DNA of 32,000 nucleotides from Candidatus Saccharimonadota bacterium (GTDB lineage Bacteria; Pseudomonadota; Gammaproteobacteria; Burkholderiales; Burkholderiaceae). Position 1 is the first letter of the stretch. Each line of letters starts with the position of its first letter. Positions 21,430 to 29,800 of this stretch are shown here, one piece after another. The translations under genes were made by a program, and so were the position numbers. Location: NCBI RefSeq assembly GCF_016593155.1, contig NZ_AP023215.1, positions 210,001 through 242,000 on the forward strand, given 5' to 3'. The notes below the pieces were generated by a model. The model saw only the letters and a program-made list of their open reading frames with translations, did not search any database and was not told the DNA's origin.

Positions 21430-22047
21430 TTATGGATTACTATTTTTTTCTTTTTCAGTTGATGAATTGTTTTCTAATTCTAATGTATTGGCTGGAATTA
21501 TTGCTGTTGCTATTGTTGGGTCTTCTTCTGTGCTATGAATTACAGTAATACCTTTAGGTAATTTTATATTCGATAAGTGAATAGATGTATTTACTTCCAT
21601 TTTTTCTAAATTAATTTCTATAAATTTAGGTAAATCCTTAGGTAAACAAGAGATATATAGATCAGATATTACATGACTTATTATACAAGAATGTAATTTT
21701 ATAGCAGGTGATATTTCTGAATTTATAAAATGTAAAGGTACTTTTACATGAATTTTTTTTTCTGTATCAACGCGTTGAAAATCCGCATGTAAAACTAGTT
21801 TTTTATATGCGTGTAATTGAAAATTACGCAATAAAACTAATTCAACTTTTCCATGAATTTCAAGATTTAATATAGAAGAATGAAAAATTTCTTTTTTTAA
21901 TGCATAATATATCATATTATGATTCATTATTATTTTAACAGGATCTTTATTTCCTCCATATATAATACCAGGTATTTTTCCTATTTTACGTAAATTTCGA
22001 CTAAAACCAGTTCCTTTTTTTATGCGTTTAAATGCAATAATTTTCAT
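21430..22047 (-). CDS. rplY: 50S ribosomal protein L25 / general stress protein Ctc (long form)
   Basis: 205 aa. The N-terminus [26 protein letters not shown] is typical of L25/Ctc. Confidence 0.85.
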   Translation of the reverse strand: MKIIAFKRIKKGTGFSRNLRKIGKIPGIIYGGNKDPVKIIMNHNMIYYALKKEIFHSSILNLEIHGKVELVLLRNFQLHAYKKLVLHADFQRVDTEKKIHVKVPLHFINSEISPAIKLHSCIISHVISDLYISCLPKDLPKFIEINLEKMEVNTSIHLSNIKLPKGITVIHSTEEDPTIATAIIPANTLELENNSSTEKEKNSNP

Positions 22048-22084
22048 TTTTTATTTTTCCTTTAATTCTTTATAAGAAAGAAAT

Positions 22085-22130
22085 TTTATAATATAAATAT
22101 TATTAAATTTATAATATAAATATTATTAAA
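22085..22130. repeat. perfect 23-bp tandem duplication (TTTATAATATAAATATTATTAAA x2)
   Basis: 22085-22107 and 22108-22130 are identical when read directly. The repeat lies 38 bp upstream of the rplY start. Confidence 0.85.
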
Positions 22131-22203
22131 TATGCAAAGTTTTATTAATTAAACATTCATTAAAATAAAAATTATAGACTCAAAAAAATTGAATATTTTT
22201 AAG

Positions 22204-22247
22204 ATATTAATAATAATTATTATTTACATAATAATTATTATTAATAT
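22204..22247. repeat. perfect 19-bp inverted repeat with a 6-nt spacer (all A/T hairpin)
   Basis: ATATTAATAATAATTATTA (22204-22222) and TAATAATTATTATTAATAT (22229-22247) are exact reverse complements. They sit about 40 bp downstream of the tRNA-Gln 3' end and upstream of rplY. Confidence 0.85.
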
Positions 22248-22289
22248 GAGAGGTATTTATAAAGAAATTTTATTATTTTATAAAGAATT

Positions 22290-22363
22290 CAGGGGAAGAA
22301 GGATTCGAACCCTCGAATGCTGGAATCAAAATCCAGTGCCTTAACCAACTTGGCTATTCCCCT
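22290..22363 (-). tRNA. tRNA-Gln (UUG anticodon)
   Basis: The reverse complement AGGGGAA TA GCCA AGTTGGTTAA GGCA C TGGA.. TTTTGAT ..TCCAG CATT CGAGGG TTCGAAT CCTTC TTCCCCT G is close to E. coli tRNA-Gln (UGGGGUAUCGCCAAGCGGUAAGGCACCGGAUUCUGAUUCCGG...). Confidence 0.9.
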
Positions 22364-22420
22364 ATATTCATTTTTTAATATTTAATACTTAAAATATATT
22401 TTAAAATATATTTATTTATA

Positions 22421-22686
22421 ATATTAAAAATATTAAAATAATAATATTAAAAATATTAAAATAATAATATTAAAAATATTAAAAATATTAAAATAATAAT
22501 ATTAAAAATATTAAAATAATAATATTAAAAATATTAAAAATATTAAAATAATAATATTAAAAATATTAAAATAATAATATTAAAAATATTAAAATAATAA
22601 TATTAAAAATATTAAAATAATAATATTAAAAATATTAAAAATATTAAAATAATAATATTAAAAATATTAAAATAATAATATTAAAA
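22421..22686. repeat. perfect AT-only minisatellite built from a 9-bp block (ATATTAAAA) and a 5-bp block (TAATA); units of 23 bp and 32 bp
   Basis: Hand parsing gives ten complete units with no mismatch, in the order 23,23,32,23,32,23,23,23,32,23, plus one trailing 9-bp block. The 23-bp unit is 2x ATATTAAAA + TAATA and the 32-bp unit is 3x ATATTAAAA + TAATA. The array lies in the divergent spacer between tRNA-Gln (-) and mutY (+). Confidence 0.95.
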
Positions 22687-22855
22687 AATGAATATAGGAA
22701 AAAATAATTAAAAATATTTCCAATAATTTTTGAAAACTTCTTAAAAATTTTTCAATTTTATAAGAATTTTTGAATTTTGTCAATTTATTAAAATTAAAAT
22801 GAAAAATAATATGTTTTATAAAATTTAAAAACTTTAAAAAAATTCTTTATGAAAA

Positions 22856-23971
22856 ATGGTTAAAAAAAATAAAATAGAAATTAATAAATTTGATAAAAAA
22901 TTTTTTTCTAATACTATTATTTCTTGGCAAAGAAAATATGGTCGACATATGTTACCATGGCAAAATACAAAAAATATATATTATATATGGTTATCTGAAA
23001 TAATGTTGCAACAAACTCAAGTTAATACTGTAATTCCATATTATCAACGTTTTTTAAAAAAATTTCCAAATATAATGTCCTTAGCACAGGCTAAATTAGA
23101 AAAAGTAATGGAATTATGGAGTGGACTTGGATATTATTCTAGAGCTAGAAATTTACATATTTGTGCTAAACATATTTTTTTTAAGTGTAATGGAATTTTT
23201 CCAAAAGATTTTATTTCATTAATAAATTTACCTGGAATTGGACAATCAACCGCTTCTGCTATTAGGGTATTTGCTTATGGAAAAAGAAATGCTATTTTAG
23301 ATGGAAATGTTAAACGTATTCTTATAAGAGTTCTAGGAATTAATTGCTCTTCGAATATCAAATTTATCGAAAAGAAATTATGGTATTATGCTATTAATTT
23401 ATTACCGAAAGAAAATATAGAAATATATACTCAAGGCCTAATGGATTTTGGTTCAATAATTTGCGTGCGAATTAAACCTAAATGTGAAATTTGTCCTTTG
23501 AAATTATGTTGTATAAGTTATAAAACTAAAAAAATAAATAATTTTTTAATTAAAAGAAAAAATATCAAAAATCATTCTATTATGATGTTTATAATTATTG
23601 ATGATGATTATGTGCTTTTTCAAAAAAGATCAAGTAAGGGTATTTGGGGAGATTTATTATCTTTTCCAGAATATATATTAAAAAATAAAATTATTAATTG
23701 TTTAAATGATAATTTAAAAAATTTTATTGATCTTGAAATTAAAAAATTTGTATCATTATTTGGGATTATAAAAAATTATTTAATATTACCTAAAATTTTT
23801 CATAAATTAACACATTTAAAATTTAACATTATACCTTGTCAAATTTTTTTAAAAAAATGCTTCTTGAAAGAAAAAAAAAATAACTTTATATGGTATCCAA
23901 TAAAAAAAATAAAACATTCTCCTATTCCTGCACCAGTAAGAAAAATATTTTCTCAAATATTAAAAAAATAA
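22856..23971 (+). CDS. mutY: A/G-specific adenine DNA glycosylase
   Basis: 371 aa. It has LPWQNTKNIYYIWLSEIMLQQTQVNTVIPYYQRFLKKFP, an HhH-GPD region (LPGIGQSTASAI), a 4Fe-4S Cys cluster (C..RIKPKCEICPLKLCC) and a C-terminal NUDIX-like domain. Confidence 0.9.
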   Translation: MVKKNKIEINKFDKKFFSNTIISWQRKYGRHMLPWQNTKNIYYIWLSEIMLQQTQVNTVIPYYQRFLKKFPNIMSLAQAKLEKVMELWSGLGYYSRARNLHICAKHIFFKCNGIFPKDFISLINLPGIGQSTASAIRVFAYGKRNAILDGNVKRILIRVLGINCSSNIKFIEKKLWYYAINLLPKENIEIYTQGLMDFGSIICVRIKPKCEICPLKLCCISYKTKKINNFLIKRKNIKNHSIMMFIIIDDDYVLFQKRSSKGIWGDLLSFPEYILKNKIINCLNDNLKNFIDLEIKKFVSLFGIIKNYLILPKIFHKLTHLKFNIIPCQIFLKKCFLKEKKNNFIWYPIKKIKHSPIPAPVRKIFSQILKK

Positions 23972-23986
23972 TTTTTATATACAAAT

Positions 23987-24560
23987 TTAATCTCTTATTA
24001 TTTTTTTATATTTATTTGTACGGGTATCAATTTCAATTAAATTATTTTAATTTACAAATAATGAATTTAAAATAACATAATAATATTTTTTAATTGTATT
24101 TTCAATTTTAATTTTTTTAAAAATATTTCTAGAAGTATTTTCTCTGACAGTGGGTTCTGAATATATAACTTTTCGTATTATTGTGGCGGGTAATTCAATT
24201 GTAATAATTTTTTCTTGGTAAAAAATACCCTCATATTCCATATCATTTTTAAAAAATTTTAAGATATTTCTAATATTTTTAATTTTTAATTCATATTGTT
24301 CGTAATTTTTATTTATAAATATATAAAATGGATTGTAAAATATAGATAATTCATTGGTTTTTTTTAAAAATAATTACATTAATTTTTTTATCACCACGAA
24401 AAATATTTTTTATAAATTTATTTGTTAAAATATTTTTTATTTTCCATTTATAAGTAAAATCATTTCGACATGATCTATGAATATCTGAACGTAAAACTAT
24501 CATTGGTTTATTTTGAAACAAAATAACGTTTTCAACTCGAACTTCTTTTACTAATTTCAT
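23987..24560 (-). pseudogene. efp: elongation factor P (Arg32 / EarP-rhamnosylation type), disrupted by a frameshift and an in-frame stop
   Basis: Track ORFs 24351-24560 and 24047-24241 are EF-P fragments in different frames. The frame switches at the homopolymer 24358-24365 (A8 on the coding strand); reading it as A7 joins ...NVIIFKK|TNELSIFYNPFYIFINKNYEQYEL.... The C-terminal part IELPATIIRKVIYSEPTVRENTS parallels Pseudomonas-type EF-P (VELPTTIVRQIAYTEPAVRGDTS). After the TAA at 24047-24049 the same frame continues NNLIEIDTRTNKYKKIIRD* (compare IEIDTRTGEYKSRV) to a stop at 23987-23989. The total span of 574 nt equals the full EF-P length. Confidence 0.75.
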
Positions 24561-25270
24561 ACTATGAAATAATAATTATTTAGATTGGTATATTTATTTT
24601 AAAATTTAATATATAATTTTATTAATATTATATAATTTTTTTATGAGGATAAATATTTCAAACAAAAGATTTTTTTAAAAATTAAATTTGAATAAATGAA
24701 TCTTTTTTTTATAAAATTAAGATTACAAAATTTTAAAATTTTATTTGAGACATAAAAAAAGGGGGTATATGTATTATTAATTTTCCGTATTATGCATTAA
24801 TCACTGATAATATTTTATTAAAGGTAATATTTCAGCGATGAGGTTACTTAAATTTATCCATATAAATAATAGATAATATTGTGATATTTTTATAATTAAT
24901 ATAATTATATGGAGTTTTAAGAGAAAAAATTAAATTATTATATTATAAATTATATTATAAATTTCGTTTTTTTAAATTTATAGTTTTTATTATGTTAATT
25001 TTAAATATTTACGTTATATATATTTTAAAAATCACATTTAATTATAATTTTTGTACAAATACAGTTAAAACTATGTACATTATCTATATTTATAATGTTG
25101 AAAATATTTTATTTATTAACTAATTATCGATCTAAATACTAAAAAATCTATAACTAAAAAAAAATTGTTAAAGATATTTTTTATTATTTTTTAAATTAAA
25201 AATTTTCCTTTTTTTTTATTAAAATTTTTATTAATATATAATAAAATATTTTTCAATTTTTAAATTAAAA

Positions 25271-26341
25271 ATGATTAAAATATCAAAAAATAATAAAGAA
25301 TACAGTTTCAATAAATTTATTAATACAATTCAATATAAATTTATAGGTGATTCACCAATTGTATGGATGTTTTCTGGGCAAGGGTCTCAGTATTTCAATA
25401 TGGGAAAAACTCTTTATAATAAAGATGTTACTTTTCGATATTGGATGGAAAAATTAGATACAATATCTATTAAATATATTGGTCAATCAATTATAAAAAT
25501 TCTTTATAATAATGAGTTTTCTAAAACTGAATTTTTTAATCAAACCTTATATACGCACCCGGCTTTATTTATGTTTCAATATGCTATGTCTCAAACTTTA
25601 TTAGCTCAAGATTTTAAAATACCTGATATTTTATTTGGTGCTAGTCTTGGAGAATTTATAGCAGCTGCATTTGCAAATATTACAGAAGTAGAGGAAAGTT
25701 TATTTGATATTATTAAACAAGCATTTTTATTTGAATTTTATTGTAACAACGGAGCGATGATTTTAGTAATTGATTATATTAATAATTCTTATATTAATTC
25801 GATATTTTATGATAAGTATCAATATGAACTTGCTGCTATAAATTTTGAACGTTGTTTTGTTGTTTCTGGATTGTATAATAAAATTACAAAAATTATAAAA
25901 TTTTTAAAAGAAAAAAAAATTACATATCAAATATTACCAGTATCAACTGCCTTTCATTCTTCGCATATTGATATTATAAAAGATAAATTTAATTTAATTT
26001 TTAAAAATAGAATTATTAAAAAATCTACTATACCGATAATATCTTGTGCATATTTATCGTTAAATGAAGTAAATAATATTAAGTTTTTTTCTGGGGATTA
26101 TTGGTGGAATATAATAAGAAAACCAATACAATTTAGTAGAGTTATTACGGATTTTCAAAAAAAATATCCAAAAGCAATTTATATAGATTTAAGTCCATCC
26201 GGAAATATGGGAACATTTATTAAATATAATTTATGTATAAAAAAAAGAAATAGAGTTATTCAAATTGTAGATCCTTTTAATAAAAATATAATTAATATAG
26301 GTTTAGCTAAAAAAAAATTAAAAATTTTAATTAATTCTTAA
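25271..26341 (+). CDS. free-standing acyltransferase-like protein of a trans-AT PKS system (malonyl-CoA:ACP transacylase fold; possibly a PedC-like acyl hydrolase)
   Basis: 356 aa. It has VWMFSGQGSQYFNMGKTLY (GQGSQ at 25376-25390), a nucleophile elbow GASLGE (25637-25654; Ser125, with Ala replacing the usual His) and TAFHS. It lies immediately upstream of the AT-less megasynthase. Confidence 0.85.
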   Translation: MIKISKNNKEYSFNKFINTIQYKFIGDSPIVWMFSGQGSQYFNMGKTLYNKDVTFRYWMEKLDTISIKYIGQSIIKILYNNEFSKTEFFNQTLYTHPALFMFQYAMSQTLLAQDFKIPDILFGASLGEFIAAAFANITEVEESLFDIIKQAFLFEFYCNNGAMILVIDYINNSYINSIFYDKYQYELAAINFERCFVVSGLYNKITKIIKFLKEKKITYQILPVSTAFHSSHIDIIKDKFNLIFKNRIIKKSTIPIISCAYLSLNEVNNIKFFSGDYWWNIIRKPIQFSRVITDFQKKYPKAIYIDLSPSGNMGTFIKYNLCIKKRNRVIQIVDPFNKNIINIGLAKKKLKILINS

Positions 26342-26585
26342 GATTTTAAAATAAATTTTTATTTATAAATTTTTATATATAGATTGAAATTTTATTTTGA
26401 ATTAAATAATAAAATTCAATAAAAATTATTTTTTTTATATAAATATATTTTATTATATTTAAAAAAATTGTTTTGATAATATTTTTTTGTTAATATAATA
26501 TTGCTATTATTTTTTATATTATAATAACTTCATTGAATTAGTCTTCATTAAAACATTAATTTAATTATAAAAAATTCACTATTTT

Positions 26586-26756
26586 AAATAAATATTTAGC
26601 GTAATTTTTTTTTTATATATCTATCTTTAGATATTTATATATTAATGAATTTTTTAAAAAAATTACTAATTAAATAAATATTTAGCGTAATTTTTTTTTA
26701 TATATCTATCTTTAGATATTTATATATTAATGAATTTTTTAAAAAAATTACTAATT
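26586..26756. repeat. tandem duplication of an 86/85-bp unit in the megasynthase upstream region
   Basis: AAATAAATATTTAGCGTAA-T(10)-ATATATCTATCTTTAGATATTTATATATTAATGAATTTTTTAAAAAAATTACTAATT (26586-26671) recurs at 26672-26756. The only difference is T9 instead of T10. Each copy contains the hairpin ATATCTA-TCTT-TAGATAT. Confidence 0.9.
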
Positions 26757-26835
26757 AAATAAAAATATTTATATTTTTATTTTTTATATTTCAAGAAATC
26801 TTATAAATCGCGCTTTTTTTTAAAGCATTTTTAGT

Positions 26836-26870
26836 AAAACCCATCAGGTTTTTATATTAATATAAAACCT
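26836..26870 (+). promoter_or_regulatory. two mutually exclusive hairpins in the putative 5' leader of the megasynthase gene (function unknown)
   Basis: AAAACC (26836-26841) can pair with GGTTTT (26847-26852). The same GGTTTT segment is also the left arm of a longer hairpin, AGGTTTTTATATT / AATATAAAACCT (26846-26870, one bulged T), which is followed by GCTTGATTTTTGTGTATTTT and then ATG 26894. Confidence 0.3.
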
Positions 26871-26893
26871 GCTTGATTTTTGTGTATTTTAAA

Positions 26894-29800
26894 ATGAAAA
26901 CTTTTCAAAAACTAAGAGATATTGAAACAGCAATTTTACAAGCCACTTCACACTCTATTACTAATACTAAAGAAAATATAACATCATTAAGTATACCAGA
27001 GCCTATAGCTATAATAGGTTTATCTGGAATGTTTCCAAAAAGTAAGTCAGTAGATGTTTTTTGGAAATCATTAGATTCTGATATTTCTTTAATTGAAGAA
27101 ATACCAGAAAGTCGTTTTAATTGGCGACATGTATATGATAAAAAGTTTATGAAGGAAAATTATAGTAAATGGGGTGGATTTATACCAAATATCGATGAAT
27201 TTGACGCTCATTTCTTTAATATTCCACCGGGAGAAGCGATTATTATGGATCCCCGGCAGCGTTTATTATTAATGTCGGTATATCAAACTTTAATTGATGC
27301 TGGTTATAATCCAAAATCTTTAAAAAAAAGTAATACAGGTGTATTTATTGCAATTCAAGAAAACGAATATTTACAAATATTAAAGGATGCTAATATTGAT
27401 ATTAATGAATGGTATTCACAAAATTGCTTATTAGCTAATAAAATTTCTTATTATTTTGATTTTAGGGGTATTAGCGATATTATTGATGCTCAATGTCCTG
27501 GATCAGCTGTTGCAATTCATAGAGCCGTGAATTCTTTACGAAATAAAGAAATTGAACAAGCAATAGTTGGCTCTGTTAATATTTTATTGCGCCCAGAACC
27601 ATTTATATTATTATCTTCAGTTAAACAATTAAGTTCAACTAATACAGTTAATTCTTTTGGACCATATGCAGATGGTCATATTCGAGCAGAAGGTGTATCT
27701 AGTGTCTTACTTAAACCTTTATCTAGAGCAATACAAGATGGTGATTTAATTTATGCATTAATTAAAAATTCCTCAGTAAATTATAATGGTCAAGGTGGTG
27801 GATCAATTTCCGCCCCAAATGCAGAGAGTCATATTAATCTTATTCAAGATTGTTATCAAAAAGTAAATATTGATCCAAGAGATATTAATTATATTGAAGC
27901 TCAAGGAATGGGAAATGTTTTGGCGGATTTAACTGAATGGAAATCTTTTAACTGTGCTCTAAAAAATATAGCAAAACAAAATAAAATAATACTTGAAGAT
28001 AAAACTTGTTATATTAGTACAATAAAACCCATGACAGGGCACATGGAATCTGCTTCAGGTTTAGGTGCGTTATTTAAAGTAATACGAAGTATGCATACTA
28101 AGTTAATTCATAAAATTATTGGTTTTAAAGATTATCATCCAGACATGGATCGTGAAAACCAACCTTGTTTAATAGCTAATAAAACAATTTATTGGTTAAA
28201 AAATAAGAATAATACCCGATTAGCAGGTATACATTGCTACGGAATGGGGGGGACTAATTCTCATTTATTAATTGAGGAATATAAACGAGAAATATTAGAT
28301 ATTGATAAAGATATAGTTCCAGTGTTAATTATAATATCAGCTAAAACTAAATCTAGTTTAATAATTATGACTAAAAAATTATATAATTTTTTAGCTAAAA
28401 AAAATAAAAAATATCGTTTATCCGACATTGCATTTACACTTCAAGTTGGGCGTGAGGCAATGAAGTATAGAATTTCCTGGGTTATTGAATCATTACAAGA
28501 ATTATTGGTTGCATTAAAAAAATTTTTTGAATCTAAAAAATTTAATATTTTAGATTATATGATACCAGTATATTATGGAGTACTTGAAATTCCATGTACA
28601 TTACAAAAAAAATTATTAAATATTGAAAATTTTCAAAAAAAAAAATATACAAAAACTGATCTTTGTGAGATTGCATCTCTTTGGATAGATGGAAAATTTT
28701 ATTCTTGGCATTTACTTTATACTAATAAAAAGTTATATCGTATTCGATTACCTGGATATCCATTTGAAAAACAAAGATATTGGATAAATAATCATTGTAA
28801 AAATTTATATAATCAAGAAAAAATTTCTCAAAATATTAAATCAGCTACATTTTTAATTAAAAATAAGAAAGATAATATCTTAGAAATTAAAGAGTATATT
28901 ATCAAATATATTTCTGATATGCTACAAAAACCTCAATCTACAATTGATATTAATCAACATTTATATAACTTTGGAATAGATTCTATTTTTACTGTAAGAT
29001 TGTTGCGAAATATTTCACAAAAATTTAATATAGAAACAAAAGGAAGAGATTTATTAAAAAACCCTACTATTAATAAATTATCTAAATATTTTGGAGAAAT
29101 TTTAAATTCCCCTTCTATATTAATAAAATCAGAAAAAGAAAAAAAAAATAAACATTTAAAAGAGTATATTGATTATAAATACTCTAAAAAACAATTTCCA
29201 CTTTCTGAAAATCAAAAAGGTTTATGGGTATTACAAGAAATTGCACCAAATATGAGTGCTTATAATATTCCTATATGCTTTCATATAACGCGAGAAATTA
29301 ATTCAGATATATTACAATTAGCTTTTTTATGTACTTTACAAAAATATCCTATATTAACCAGTATATTTTTTCAAAAAAATAAAAAAATTATACGAGAAAA
29401 TAAATTAGATAAAAATATAATTATTCAAAAAAGGGACGTAAGTTTTATTAAGGATAAGAAAAAAATATTTGAATATATAAAAACTATTATTAAAAAACCA
29501 TTTAAACTTGATAAAGGTCCATTAGTACGATTATATCTTTTAAAGGGTATAAATGATTATTATTTATTATTTAATATACATCATATAATCTTTGATGGTA
29601 AGTCATTTTTACCAACTATTAGTTTTTTTATAAAAACATATAGTAAATTATTAGATGCCAATAAAGATGATACTAAATTAATAGTATTGAATTCTAAAAT
29701 TAATTCTGATGATATATACGAAAAATTTGTATCATGGGAATCTGATATGTTAAATGGAGTAGAGGGAAAGAAATATCGTAATTATTGGCTTAAACAATTA

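Noticed and set aside
22421-22686. CRISPR array
   Set aside because: The repeats are directly abutting with no unique spacers. The units are 23 or 32 bp of pure A/T, and no cas genes are nearby. It is a minisatellite.
23890-24075. 61-aa ORF on the plus strand overlapping the mutY end
   Set aside because: It overlaps the mutY 3' end and the efp remnant, and its translation is low-complexity. It is a chance ORF.
24047-24560. Treating 24047-24241 and 24351-24560 as two independent small genes
   Set aside because: Together with the sequence between and after them, they reconstruct one EF-P-length gene in shifted frames. They are fragments of one pseudogene, not separate genes.
22290-26893. A horizontally acquired genomic island with tRNA-Gln as the integration site for the PKS genes
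   Set aside because: I saw no integrase or transposase remnants and no repeat of the tRNA 3' end. mutY and efp lie between the tRNA and the PKS genes, and the composition looks uniform. This check was by eye only.
28283-28786. A cis-acyltransferase domain between the KS and the carrier protein
   Set aside because: The interval is only about 170 aa and lacks the GQGSQ, GHSxG and AFH motifs. It ends in the LPGYPFEKQRYW motif typical of AT-less trans-AT PKS linkers.
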